Shown: positions 28,346 to 41,189, numbered from the stretch's first letter. The stretch: 64,000 nucleotides of DNA from Eledone cirrhosa (GCA_964016885.1 OZ024744.1:14260001-14324000), one strand, 5' to 3'. Notes: generated by a model not told the origin, from the letters alone. Program-made: numbers and translations.

Positions 28346-31300
28346 ATTGGTATATTGTATATTTATTGCTATATTGTACATCTATTGATATCTTGTATGT
28401 GTATTGTTATATTGTATATCTATTGCAACATTGTATATATATATCGGTATATTGTATATCTATTGGTATATTGTATGTCTATTGGTATATTGTATATCTA
28501 TCGGTACATTGTATGTCTATTGCTATTTTGTATATATATTGGTATATTGCATATGTATTGTTATATTGTATGTCTTTTGGTATATTGTATATCTATTGGT
28601 ATATTGTATATCTATTTGCATACCTATTGGTACATAGTATATCTATTGGTATATTGTATACTAATGGTATATCTTTTCCTATATTGTATATCTATTGATA
28701 TAATGGTATATCTATTGGTATATGGTATATCTATTGGTATATTGGTATATTGTGTATCCATTTTTATATCTATTGGTATATCTATTGCTATATATATTGC
28801 TATATTGTATATCTATTGATATATCTATTGGTATATTGTATATCTATTGGTTTATTGTATATCTATCGGTATATTTTATATCTATCGTATATTGTTATAT
28901 CTATTTGTATAATGTATATCTATTGGTATGTTGTATTTCTATAGGTATATCGTACTTCTATTGGTATATTGTATAACTATTGGTATATTGTTTATCTATT
29001 GATGAATTGTATATCTTTTGGTATATTGCGTATCTATTGGCATATTGTATACCCATTCGTATATTGTATATATAGTGGTATATTGTATATCCATTGCTAT
29101 GTCTATAATTATATTGTATATCTATTGGTATATTGTACATCGATTGGTATATCTACTTTTATATTGTATATCTATTGGTATATTTTCTGTGTATTGCTAT
29201 ATTGTATATCTTTTGGTTTAATGTATACCAATTGATATATTGTTTATCTATTGGGTTATTGTATGTCTATAGCTATATTGCTATATATATATATATTGGT
29301 AGATTGTATATCTATTGGTATATTGTATATCTATTGGTATATTGTATATCTATTGGTATTTTGGTATATTTATTGGTATATTGTATATCTAGTGGTATAT
29401 TTTATATGTATTGCTATATTGTATATGTATTGGTATATTGTATATCTATTGCTATATTGTATATCTATTGGTATATTGTATGTCTATTGCTATATTGGTA
29501 TATATCTATTTTATATTGTATATCTATTGCTATATTGCATACCTATTGGTATATTGTATATCTATTGGTATATCTTTTGCTATGTTGTACATCTATGGAT
29601 ATATCTATTGCTATGTTGTACATCTATGGATATATCTATTGCTATATTGTATATCTATTTCTATATTGTATATCTATTGGCATATTATATATCTATTGTT
29701 ATATTGTATATCTATTGGTACATTTTACATTTATGTGTATATTGTATATCGATTGGTATATTGTATATATTATTGGTATATTGTATATATATATTGTTAT
29801 GTTGTATATATATTGGTATATTGTATATCTATTGTTATAGTGGTATATTGTATATATATTGGTATATAGTATATCTATTGCTATATTGTATATTAATTGG
29901 TACATTGGATATCTATTGGTATATTGTATGTATATTGGTATATTGTATATCTATCGGTATATTGTATGTCTATTGCTATATTGTATATACATTGGTATTT
30001 TGCATATGTATTGCTATATTGTATGTCTTTTCGTATATTGTATATCTATTGGTATATTGTATGTCTATTGGTATATCGTATATCTATTAGTATATTGTAT
30101 ATCTATTGCTATATTGTATATCGAATCGTATATCTTCTGTTCTATTGTATATCTATTGCTATAACTATTGGTATATTGTATATCTATTGGTTTATCAATT
30201 GGTATATCTATTGGTATGTCTATTGCTATATTGTATATCTATTGGTATATTTTATATTCTCTTGGTATATTATATATCTATTGGTATATTGTATATCTAT
30301 TGCTATATTGCATATCTATTGGTATTGTGTATGTCTATTGCTATATTGGTATATATCTATTGCTATATTGTATATCTATTGGTATATTGTATATCTATTT
30401 GTATATTGTATATCATTGGTATATTGTATACCTATTGGTATATTGTTTATCTATTGATATATTGTATATCTTTTGGTAAATTGCGTATCTCTTGCTATAT
30501 TGTATATCTATTGTTATATTGCTATATTGTATATCTATTGTTATATTGTATGTGTATTGCTATATTGTATATCTATTGGTATATCGTTTATCTATTGGAT
30601 TATTGTATGTCTATTGCTATATTGGTATATTGTATATCTATTGGTATTTTGTATATCTATTGGTATATTGGATATCGATCGGTATATTGTATATCTATTG
30701 CTATATTAAATATCTATTGTTATATTGCATATGTATTGGTATATTTATATCTATTGGTATATTGTATATATATTGGTATATTGTATGTCTATTGTTATAT
30801 TGTATATATATTGGTAAATTGTATATACATTGGTATATCTATTAGCAAATTTTATATCTATTGGTAGATTGTATATCTCTGACTATATGGTATATCTATT
30901 GTTATATTGTATATCTATTGCTATATTGTATATCTATTGTTATATTGTATGTCTATTGGTATATTGTATATATATTGCGATATTTATGTCTATTGGTATA
31001 TTGCATTACTATTGGTATATCTATTGGTATATGGTTATATCTATTGCTACATTTTACATTGTATATTATATATCTATTGGTATATTATATATCTATTGGT
31101 ATATTGTTATATCTATTGCTTATTGTTATATCTATTGCTATACTGTATATCTCTTGGTTTATTGTATATTTATTGGTAAATTGTATATCTATTGGTATAT
31201 TTGTATATCTATTGCTATATTGTATATCTATTGGTATATTGTAAATTTATTTCTATATTGTATATTTATTGCTATACTATATATCTGTGGCTCTATTGCA

Positions 31301-32190
31301 TATCTACTGGTATATTCTATATCTATTGCTATCTTTTATATATATTGCTATATTGTGTATCTATTCGTATATTGTATACCTATTGGTATATTTTATATAT
31401 ATTGTTATATTGTATATCTATTGGTATGTTGTATATCTATTGTTATATTCTATATGTATTGGTATATTGTATATGTATTATTATATTGTATATCTATTGG
31501 TATATTTTATATCTATTGCTATATTGTATGTCCATTTGTATATTGTATATCGATTGGTATATTGTATATCTATTGGTATATTTTATGTGTATTTGTATAT
31601 TGTATATCGATTGGTATATTGTATATTTATTGGTATATTGTATGTCTATTCACATATTGTATATAGATTGGTATATTGTATATGTATTGGTATATTGTAT
31701 GTCTATTGGTATATTTTATACGTATTGTTATATTGTATATCTATTGGTATATTTTATATCTATTGTTATATTGTATATCAATTCGTATATTGTCTGTCTA
31801 ATGCTATATTGTATATCTATTGGTATATTGTATATCTATTGTATATTGTATATCTATTGTATATTGTATATCTTTTGTTATATTATATATCTATTGCTAT
31901 ATTGTATGTCTATTGCCATATTGTATATCTATTGCCATATTGTATATCTATTGCTATATCGTATATCTATTGTTATATTGTATATCTATTGGTATATTGT
32001 ATATATATTGCTCTATTGTATATCTATTGGTATATTGTATGTCTATTGGTATATTACTTACACTGTATGTGTAGATATCTGTATGTATGTTGAACATTCC
32101 ATACAAAAGTGCGATCAATTTAAACCGTTTCAAACGTCACATTGGTATTTCAGCAGCATTCCAGAAGTTTTTTTCATTGACCATACAAAA

Positions 32191-32195
<5 letters not shown>

Positions 32196-32274
<79 letters not shown>

Positions 32275-32337
32275 CCACTATTGCTAACAGCTTACAGAAG
32301 TAGAGTAGACCGGCTTCTCCCCCCCCTCTCTCTCTCT

Positions 32338-32371
<34 letters not shown>
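32196..32371. repeat. (TA)n microsatellites
   Basis: Seen directly (32196-32272, 32341-32371). Confidence 0.97.
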
Positions 32372-32376
<5 letters not shown>

Positions 32377-32547
32377 CAATATCGGAGAAAGATTTTTAGT
32401 GATACTCCGTCCAAATTCCAACTAACTCAACAAACATTAGGAAATAAGTGATTATATTCCTAATTATGCGTTCGGGGTGCTAACTAAAAGTATTACGTGG
32501 AAAATTGGATGTATTATTTCATATGAGACATATCGAATATATCTCTT

Positions 32548-32674
32548 CCCAGACGGACGTCTCGTTTCATTATAGGATTCCTACAATTTGGGTTAAATTA
32601 TACCAATTTATGTAGTAGCTTGTATACCATCAATAGATATATATTCAAGTGGGCTCCTATAATTCATCAGTGGG
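32548..32674 (-). ncRNA. Type I hammerhead ribozyme with canonical core and 77-nt loop II
   Basis: Minus strand: ccca-CUGAUGA-auuauagga-[77 nt]-uccuauaau-GAAA-cgagacguccGUC-uggg. 4-bp stem I, 9-bp stem II, palindromic stem III. Confidence 0.75.
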
Positions 32675-32936
32675 TGCCCCAATAATACTAATATTGATAA
32701 TCTAACCAACATCAGTATTTTGCGATAATCATCATCAGTGCCTGAGGTATATGTCAGATTGCCAGTCCAGCAGTTCTAAAGAAACGCTCAAACTGATTCA
32801 AAAATGAGGAAGTAAATTACCGCCAAAAAAACAAACAATACAGGCGCATGACAATGAATTCTAAAACGAATTCAGGCCACGCGCTAGAACTCAATTGGAA
32901 ATTGAAAAAATATCTATGTGTGAACAACATTTGATG

Positions 32937-33018
<82 letters not shown>

Positions 33019-33060
33019 CGGCGATGAATTAGTTTTGCGAAGTTTTTTATATGAAATCGT

Positions 33061-33525
33061 GTGTCGAAACAAATATTTTTATACTTGGGAATCAGCAAAA
33101 CCTACCCTTTTAAGAAAACCCACTGTACTAATAGGAAATGTATCATATGTAAGGTAAACCCCCGGATAAACTGTAAAACTACAAACGTAGTCTATAGCAT
33201 AAGATGTACAGAGGGTACTTGCAGAAACATGACAACAACATACATAGGCGAAACAGCTCGTAGCATAGGTGAAAGGATAGACCAACACTGGGGGGAACTA
33301 AAAGGACGAAAAAACGGGTCAGTACTATACGAACATGCCAGACAACAACATGACGGTAACATAGACAACATAGAAATTAGAATAATATCTAAACATAGAA
33401 ATGACCCAGCAGATAGGCAAATCAGAGAGGCCAGTGAAATAGAACTTAGAAGGCCAAGACTAAACAGAAAGAATGAATGGAATAACAACAACACCCAAAC
33501 AAACAACACTGACCTAAGAGAAGTA

Positions 33526-33528
<3 letters not shown>
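33061..33528 (+). pseudogene. 5'-truncated PLE: GIY-YIG endonuclease domain (Neptune-like Cys-rich linker)
   Basis: CxxxxCxxC...C, VVYSIRC...YIGET, ERIxxH, H...H, RxIREA.EI, PRLN. Starts just after a (TA)n tract. Confidence 0.88.
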
Positions 33529-33568
<40 letters not shown>

Positions 33569-33798
33569 ATACATACACAAGCACAATAACAACAAACACA
33601 TATAAACACACACTAGTAAAGATAGAACACAGTCACCCAATCACGAACACACATCAAACAAAACACTATACACACACGCAAACGCATGCGCAAAGAAGAC
33701 AAAATAAAATAAACAAACAAACAAATAAATAAATAAATATATAAACAGACTAAATAAAGATGGCGTAGAAATACAATGCAACGGGAGGAATCTATAGC

Positions 33799-33840
33799 AC
33801 CACTGACGATGTTGCAGATGTGCAACGAAAGAACTTTGAT
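33799..33840 (+). ncRNA. Minimal hammerhead ribozyme in the PLE 3' pseudo-LTR
   Basis: CUGACGA (33803-33809), stem II gttgca/tgcaac, GAAA (33827-33830), very short stem III, imperfect stem I. Confidence 0.65.
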
Positions 33841-34089
33841 AAACTATATATATGTGTTTGTGTCTATATTGTATCTGTATTTTTGACCGTTGGTCAGTCA
33901 ATTTCAACATTGAGGACCGAATAAATTAGATTACCGATATAAAAGACACAGAAGCGAAAAGCGAAAACCAACCAAACAGTGAGTGTATTCTGTTATTAAT
34001 TCTGGCAATATTACACAAATATGACCCTCCCCAAGTATAACAATATATATATATATATATATATAGAATAAGGAACAGATATTGAAATA

Positions 34090-34268
34090 GCCTGGTGTTC
34101 AAAAACCCTCAACTATTCACCAAGTTGCCAAGAAATTTGAGAGATCTGCATGTTGAGGACGTTTTCAAGGAACATCTTGACACTCTGCTATCCAGGATCG
34201 AGGATGAGCTCACAGCAGCACGGTACGAAGGTTACCTAAGGGCAGCCGCAACTAACCTCCTCTTACAC
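34090..34268 (+). mobile_element. 3'-terminal fragment of a CR1/L2-group LINE
   Basis: PQLFTKLPRNLRDL...VFKEHLD..L..I.DE...RAAATN resembles the C-terminus of these LINE ORF2 proteins. Confidence 0.6.
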
Positions 34269-34566
34269 CCGTGGCCAGCTGTTTGACATAACTCCACAAG
34301 TCAGTAATGCACGGACACTGGACGTATGCGTGCATAACCGTTTCTTCGCTCTGTGCGCATCTCGGGCAGGTCCGTCTAAGAGCACTTCCGTTAAATCTCG
34401 AGTTTACCTCGAACGGGCTGTGTTCCCCGGTAACACTGCCAAGCGAGGGATTTCTGGAAGTTATCCATACTCCCCGGCTCGAAAGTCTCCGGAACATACT
34501 GGTCATGTCGACGTAGTCGACGCCCAGATCCTCTCAGAGTGTATCGTCGCGCTTGCCCCCCACTAA

Positions 34567-35505
34567 TCTATATATATAAAACTGTGGTTGTCTGTCTGTC
34601 TATCGATTTTTGGCACACATCTCCTCTTAGAATCTCTCACGGAATTGCACCGAAATTGCTATACTTGTACATTGAGCCCTAGCGAAGACATCGGAAAAAA
34701 AAATTTCAAATTGACCCACCCTATGTGACGAAAGCGAATATAATGTATCGATTTTTGAGCGTAAGTTATCAGTTATTTCCCTTTGTTCTGTTTACATTGA
34801 GCGTCTTACGTAAAAAATTACGCTGGCTTTCTCAGCGTTTAAAATGACATTAACACAATACACGTTCGAACACTAAGCTTCCGTTTTGCTTCATTTCCAT
34901 TTAAAAGCATTTTAAAACAATATTTTTACTTGAAAACAAGTCTATTTAAAGACTACGTAAAACAAGCAAATATTTCGTCGTTAGGCGTGCAGACAGACAG
35001 TCGTGCAGACAGACAGTCGTGCAGAGAGGTGATATACGCGTGCAGACAGACAGTCGTGCAGAGAGGTGATATAGGCGTGCAGACAGACAGTCGTGCAGAG
35101 AGGTGATATAGGCGTGCAGACAGACAGTCGTGCAGAGAGGTGATATAGGCGTGCAGACAGACAGTCGTGCAGAGAGGTGATATAGGCGTGCAGACAGACA
35201 TAACTGATAATTTGGTTACGCTAATGTTTTTCTCTGCGTTGCAGTGTTTACATTTTCGATCTTTGTTAATAAATAACCAGTGCAGTTTTTATCCCCAGCA
35301 TCCTCTTTTGTTATAACATTCGGGTTATGGTTATGTTTTCTTAACTTCATAAAGCATATTGTTGGTTGAGGGAATATTAATCAAAAACACCACATGCAAG
35401 TCTGCACAGTAGACACTACAGTTTTTAAGCCAAAAAAGAAACTTAACATTGTAACTTTAACACAGCTACTGAGCGACCCCGAGCAACGCCGGGCTTTACT
35501 GCTAG
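34567..35505 (+). mobile_element. Complete non-autonomous Helitron
   Basis: 5' TC (34567), subterminal hairpin cccgagcaacgccggg, 3' CTAG (35502-35505). Inserted between A and T with no TSD. Removing it restores the LINE frame (EFYKELVG). Confidence 0.92.
34984..35200. repeat. 37-bp minisatellite (~5.5 copies) inside the Helitron
   Basis: Unit gtcgtgcagagaggtgatataggcgtgcagacagaca. Confidence 0.93.
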
Positions 35506-38500
35506 TTCTTTATAGAACTCAAGAGTGGAAATTCCACTGACCACATGTCGTGGCTAATGAAGCGCAGCCTCAGTGCATGTCTGCGCATCATTAGCCACGA
35601 CATGCCCGCCCTCCGCCTCACCAAAGAGACTTGTCCCCTCCACAGGAATTTGAAGAGGAGCCGTTCCAACTTGGTTAGGCGCAGACGGGGTCAGGGCGGT
35701 AGTAGATGACGGATGCAATGTACGCATTCGCCACCTCCGCGTGACCTTTCAGTTATAGCTTCCTCGCAGCCCATTTCTGGGTGAGACTTGCTACCCTACT
35801 CGTTACCTCTTCCCAATTTTTATTCACCTGGAGGTCTGGTCCGAACCAAACCCCGAGCAACTTTATCTGTCCGTCCATCCACCACCCAACGACGGCATGG
35901 ACTTGCCTCTCCAGGTGCCGAGCTGCAAAGCCACCCACAATTCCGGGTTAACTTTTGCTCCTGCCAACCTTTCATATTCCTCCAATAAGGTGCCGACCAC
36001 CTCGATTTCCGAGGTGTCAGAAACCTTCACGGGAGACCAGAAACGGTTCCGTGGGGTAGCCATTAACTTTGACCACCGAGTAGATGCCACTGTACGTTGC
36101 AGCGATCCAGCTTCTGAAGACGGGGCCGAAGCCAGCCGCCTTGAGGGCAGCCTCCAGGTACTGATGGTTGACCTTCTCGAATGCTTTCGATTGATCAAAA
36201 TTGATCAGAGCCCCACCGAAGCCAGGTTTACACCCTACCCTCTCTATGATGTATCGCATGCGGTGGAGGTTGTCGTGTATGGTCCTGGTCGGGATTGCGC
36301 AAGTTTGCGCCTCCCCAACCAAATCCTCGACGACAAGCGCTAATACCTTAGCCAGAATCTTAAACTCTCTGTTGAGCAGAGTTATGTGCCTGAAATTGTC
36401 TAATGTGTTCCTCTAGATTTTCTTATCCGCGTCACCACTCCCCTGCTCATAGAACTGGGAATACTCCCGTTCTGCTACCAGTTGCGGTAGAGCGTTACGA
36501 GGAGATCAGAGAAAAAGTCTGGCATATTTACGTAAAGCTCGTATGGTAGACCATCCAAACCGGGTGACTTTCGCCTCATGCAGCCGACAAGGACATCCTG
36601 AATCTCGGCTGAAGTAATCGGCCTTTCGCAGTTGTCGAGAGTTGCAGCAAGCCATCGAGGTAGGAACTGAAGTCCGCCACCGTCTCTGATCAGCCACTCC
36701 CCACGAACAACCGAGCAAAGTGCTGGCAAAAGGCCTCACGCATCCGCCTGTAATCACTCAGCTCGTGACCGTGTCTGTCCGTCAAAGAAAGACCCAATTG
36801 TGGTTTTATTGCCACACTGCGCCTCTGCCACGCGGGCCCTTCGAACAGTCTTCGTTCCCTCACTTCTCCGAGCACGCGCCTTAGCTCTGACAATGCAACC
36901 TTCGTGTTTCGCATTGAAGAAATGGTCTAATGCCATTCTCGCCGCTAGCACGTCAGTTGCAATGCCACTACAAATAGCCTCGCCTAACTTATCTACCAAC
37001 TCTCCCTCCTTTCTATTTTTCTCTAACGCTACTATCGAAGTTACTCTAATCTCTCTTTTGAGAGCCCCCCCCCCCCCCCCCCCACCATCTATTGTTGACG
37101 ACTCCCCCTGTCAAACTGTTCTTAACTAAATTGTTGACCTGGTCCCTGTAAGCCTTACGTGCGGGAAATGACATGTTCAGCTTCCAGTAACCAGGTCCTA
37201 ACCTACGCGTCTTATGTAAGTTGACCATTCAGATCACAAACTTGTGATCTGAATAGGCGACCGTTTTAAAAGGTGAGCAGCCTTCACTATTTCTATTTAT
37301 TCTTCTAATGAAAATCCTGCCTATATACTATCTAGATGGTCCTAGGCGGTTGGTCAAAGTCCACACTGGCGCATTAGGGAAATCTAGTCGGTACCTTTCA
37401 ACAGTTTGAACTAGCAGATCTGGTACTTGAGACTTTTGCACCCCCCGCTCCTATCGGATACTCCCACACAGTCTCAGCGTGCATCTAAGATGCCGTTCCA
37501 GTCCCCCGTTAATAGTAAAGAGGCGAGACGTACCCAGAAAAGCTTCCAGGCATCTTAAGAGGTTCGGCCATTCAGCTCCGGTAGGGGCGTAGACGGCCAC
37601 CAGTATAAAGGCACCACCTTCGCTATTGTTCACGTCCAGGACCACCAAATTACCGTCCGGGTCCCGGAAGAGTGACCTTACCTCGATATCCAGGCCTTTC
37701 CTAAACAGCACTGCTACCCTACCTCCCATTCCAGGCGGGTTAACCGATGCGAAGATCTGATAGTCGTCGAAAATGAGGGCTAGTGCGCGTGTGTCGGAAA
37801 TCCTCCTCTCGCTGGCGGCAATTACATCCATTTCAAGAGACCTGAGGTCGTTGAGCAGGCCATGAACATTTAAACTTCCTACTCTTAATATGGCCATGTT
37901 GGCAAGCTAAAAGAGAGAGGGAAGGTTTACTTACCTCCCGGGGTCTTCTGAAGGTCGGGTGGTTCGACCTCCATGGTTGGTGGGGGTTTCTTTTGGGAAC
38001 CACTTTAAAAATCTCGATGTGGGTTTCACGTTCGGGGTTCCTCCTTCCTGGGGAAAACTCTCGAATTCCTTTGTAGGATTCGAGTGACATTCCCACCAGA
38101 AATAAATCTTCTGGCACACGAAATGTACTTAATTCAAAAATCTCCCTCTCTGTTTGTATTTCTTTACTTCATGCTAAGAGGGCCATAATTTCTCATTGGT
38201 CCTTCTGACAAACACGAACTTTTGTATGTTTACTTGGTGTGGTTTTATTTGTTTTTGTTTGGGTGACTGTGGTGGTGGTAGTTTTGTTGGTGTTGTTTCA
38301 TGTATGTCTGTGTTTGTTGTAGGTGTGGTGTCTGCAATGTCAGGTGTCTGTGTGTTTATTTGTTCTTGTGTCTGTTTAGGTTCTTTGCATTTGGGGGATT
38401 GTGTGGATGGTGTTGGTGGTTGTGTTGTTGGGGAAGTGTTTACGTTGGTGGTGTCTGTATTTTTTGTTGTGGATGTTTTTGTGTTTTGTGAGAGCTTTTT

Positions 38501-39061
38501 TTGCTTTTTGGCACATTTGGGTTTCCCCTCATCTTCACTACTGGAAGACAAAGGGTCTGTGGCTGTGAGTGCATTTGTGTCTGTGTGTGCGTTTATGGTT
38601 TTGTCCATGTGTATATTTTGAGGGGTAAGTGGAAGGCTTTCCTCATTTTCATCGTTTTCCCCCTGGGTTGGTTTCGGTGCTGGTGGTGGTCCGGCTGTTT
38701 TTGCAGTTGGTGGGCTGCCGATGTCAGTGTTGATGTTGTTGTTGCTAGTGGTGGAGCTTTCCATGTCGACACTGGTGTTGGCAACAAAGAAGGTTTACCG
38801 TCCCCTGCATATTTGAGTTTAGGGCCGAAGGCTTGCAGATGCGTTGCTTCCCCGCAGACGAAACAGTGTGGCTTCTTCCCCGAGGGATTAAATGAATCAT
38901 TGTCTCGTCCGGCTGGCAGGCAAAATCTGGGATGTTGTTTAGTTCTTCCGGTTTTATTTGGAGAAGAATCTCCAAATCCTTCCCGGACCAGTCCTCTCTG
39001 TCAGTCTTTTTAATATCTACAAGGGTAGTGTCAGTAGCCTACTCGACCACGCAGCCCATCT

Positions 39062-39624
39062 TTTCTTAACCCTTTAAGAAGGAATATGACGTCAGTTTCA
39101 GCTTATATCTGGAGTCTAAAAGACAACCACACCCAATATAGGTTACACTGGGAGATCCTAGCTAAGGCTAGATCGTATAATGGAAATAAAAGACCATGCG
39201 ATCTTTGCGCCGCTGAAGCCCTCGAAATACTCTACACCAATGACCACAACTTAAACAAAAAATCTGAGGCAATTTCGGCTTGTAAACATAAATTGCATAA
39301 AACTTTCCTGTATTACAGCCCCATATTATACCCTAACGGATAGTACGAACAATACGCGGATACTGTACGTCTTGATGTGGGAGCTAAGTATATGTTTTGT
39401 TTATACCATTACTTATTTGCATAGGTAAGTATATATTACCTGTATGTTTTGTGAAGGTACGTATACTTTCTCGTACGTATATTTGCTTGTATTTGTTATT
39501 GGTGTATATATTATATTATATATACTGGTATATGTGTATATGGTTATGTGTATATGTGTATTTTGTGTTTGTGTGTGTGTATGCGTGTTTGCGTGTTTGC
39601 GGGTAGTAAGGTGTGTATATGTGT

Positions 39625-39627
<3 letters not shown>
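39062..39627 (+). mobile_element. 5'-truncated Naiad-like PLE fragment (GIY-YIG C-terminus plus 3' UTR)
   Basis: ORF 39086-39343 is nearly identical to the C-terminus of ORF 57763-58689, and the UTR also matches. Confidence 0.92.
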
Positions 39628-39674
<47 letters not shown>

Positions 39675-39677
<3 letters not shown>

Positions 39678-39870
39678 ATAATAATAAATTTGAAGACTAA
39701 AATCCAAAGAGGCCTCGATAAGGATAAATATATATCAGATATATATAAATATACATAAATATATATCTGCGTTCGCAGATTGACATTTTTAGTTTCAGAA
39801 GATCCCGTTAAGGGTGAAAGCAGCGATTCTTTGTTCAAACTTTAATCTGTTATTTTAATAAATAAATAAA
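39675..39870. mobile_element. ~200-bp micro-insertion of the same PLE family: pLTR end joined to an inverted HHR-bearing piece
   Basis: 39675-39735 matches 56661-56722. 39775-39865 matches the reverse complement of about 56750-56837. (TA)n on both sides. Confidence 0.85.
39791..39841 (+). ncRNA. Variant hammerhead motif (CAGAAGA core), copy with UUC triplet
   Basis: agttt-CAGAAGA-tccc gttaa gggt-GAAA-gcag cgattct ttgtt-C-aaact. Confidence 0.6.
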
Positions 39871-39873
39871 TAA

Positions 39874-39939
<66 letters not shown>

Positions 39940-40122
39940 GGAAAAAATGAAACGAAATTTCATTTCCCACTCTTAGTACGGCTTAGTGCGGGATGTTTGT
40001 TTGCAAACACACCGAGCATTGTAATGAATCTTCGGTGAATCCATACGTACATATATATATGTGTGCATGTATGTATATATATATACATACTACTGTATGT
40101 CTGTATACATATATGTATGTAC

Positions 40123-40172
<50 letters not shown>

Positions 40173-40343
40173 CTATATAAAAACAAATAAAGTTTTAAAC
40201 TCAATGTGATTTTATAGTCCACAGCAAGAAAGGTAAAAAAAAAGGTTCAGTGTTTAATCCAAACGGTAAGTTTCCAATCACAGTAGAGTTATTATCACAC
40301 AGACAATATACATGATAAGCTGAAGGTTATTATTAAACCATTT

Positions 40344-40527
40344 CGGGCGGTGGATTGGCAGTATCGGTAGAGGGTCGGACGCCATGCTTTGCAGCACAGT
40401 TACGTCCCTTTACGGATTCAGTTCAAATCCCGCCGAGGTTAACTTTGCCTTGCATCCTTACGGGGATAAAATGAAGTACCAGTAATACACTATGATAATT
40501 GTTGGCCTTGTGCCAAAAGTAGAAATA
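40344..40527 (+). mobile_element. tRNA-derived SINE with 15-bp TSD
   Basis: A-box-like tggcagtatcgg, B-box gttcaaatc. attattaaaccattt is duplicated at 40329-40343 and 40528-40542. Confidence 0.88.
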
Positions 40528-40548
40528 ATTATTAAACCATTTAATAGC

Positions 40549-40770
40549 GCAGTGGACTGGCAGAGGTTATCTTTGCCTTTCATCCTTACGGGGATAAAAT
40601 GAAGTACCAGTAATACACTATGATAGCAGTGGACTGGCAGAGGTTATCTTTGCCTTTCATCCTTATGGGGTCGATAAAATTAAGCAGCACTAATATACTG
40701 GGGTTTATTTAATGGACTCCCCACCCCCCTAAAACCTTTGGCCTTGTGCTTAAATCAGAAACCATTATTA
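40549..40770 (+). mobile_element. Internally deleted and duplicated copies of the same SINE
   Basis: gcagtggactggcagaggttatctttgcctttcatcctta occurs twice. The ggccttgtg...agaaaccattatt tail is present. Confidence 0.8.
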
Positions 40771-40968
40771 AAACATGTAATGGATTTACAAACGTTTCGT
40801 TAAATAAACAAAAATGAATATTTAATTCCTGCAAAACATAACTCCCCAGAATGAAATACAAATAAATAAATACCTGTCATTCACTGTGGTTATTTGTACC
40901 ATGCATGACATATATCATAACTAAGGTTCCACTATTCCAAAATAGGTATGTTTCATTTGTGAGCGTAT

Positions 40969-41187
40969 ACAAAGGGGTGCCGAAAAAATGTTCCTGGCTT
41001 GATCACTGCTACAGAGGCCTGGTTGGAAGTTCAACCTTCCGAGTTCTTTTTACAGGGCTTAGAAAAACTAAAGGACGGCTGCAATAACTGTGTGAATCTG
41101 AGAGGGGAATATGCTGAATAAAATCATAATTAACTGATCCTGTATTTTCTTTTACCCAAAGCCAGTGACTTTTCAGCACCTCCTCGC
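40969..41187 (+). mobile_element. Mariner-type deletion derivative (MITE)
   Basis: Imperfect TIRs caaaggggtgccgaaaa..ctggctt / aagccag..ttttcagcacctcctcg, following TA. Internal remnant CVNLRGEYAE* resembles a mariner transposase C-terminus. Confidence 0.75.
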
Positions 41188-41189
41188 AT

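Larger units (their letters stand above)
4684..32056. repeat. AT-rich 19-bp satellite, consensus TATATCTATTGGTATATTG (12-bp + 7-bp subunits)
   Basis: Continuous tandem array. The 19-aa periodicity YWYIVYLLVYCISIGILYI in the ORF track equals three 19-bp units. Confidence 0.98.
34270..39055 (-). mobile_element. Decayed Tx1/L1-clade LINE (ORF1 plus APE-RT ORF2), interrupted by a Helitron
   Basis: ORF1 zinc knuckle CFVCGEATHLQAF(G) at about 38820-38865, plus a Pro/Thr-rich tail. APE motifs SLNVHGL, VYAP, SDH, GYWKLN. RT motifs KSPGLDGLP, QTCAIP.RTIHDN, DQSKAF, KLLGV. C-terminal CPRC...ETVMH...C. Many frameshifts, and the QG/YADD region appears deleted. Confidence 0.92.

Noticed and set aside
4684-32056. 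Satellite as a CRISPR-like array
   Set aside because: There are no unique spacers, no cas genes, and the context is eukaryotic.
4575-32287. Large set of Y/I/W/C-rich ORFs resembling membrane proteins
   Set aside because: They are translations of the stop-free 19-bp satellite, overlap in all three frames, and show no gene structure.
32595-32645. Loop II of the hammerhead resembles the satellite monomer (tatatctattg, attggtata) as a possible satellite seed
   Set aside because: The matches are short and AT-rich, so they are expected by chance.
38174-38764. Mucin-like Pro/Thr-rich host protein
   Set aside because: It lies between the zinc knuckle and the APE ORF, so it is the low-complexity tail of Tx1 ORF1.
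40344-40430. Functional tRNA gene
   Set aside because: A and B boxes are present but there is no cloverleaf. It continues into the SINE body and has a TSD.
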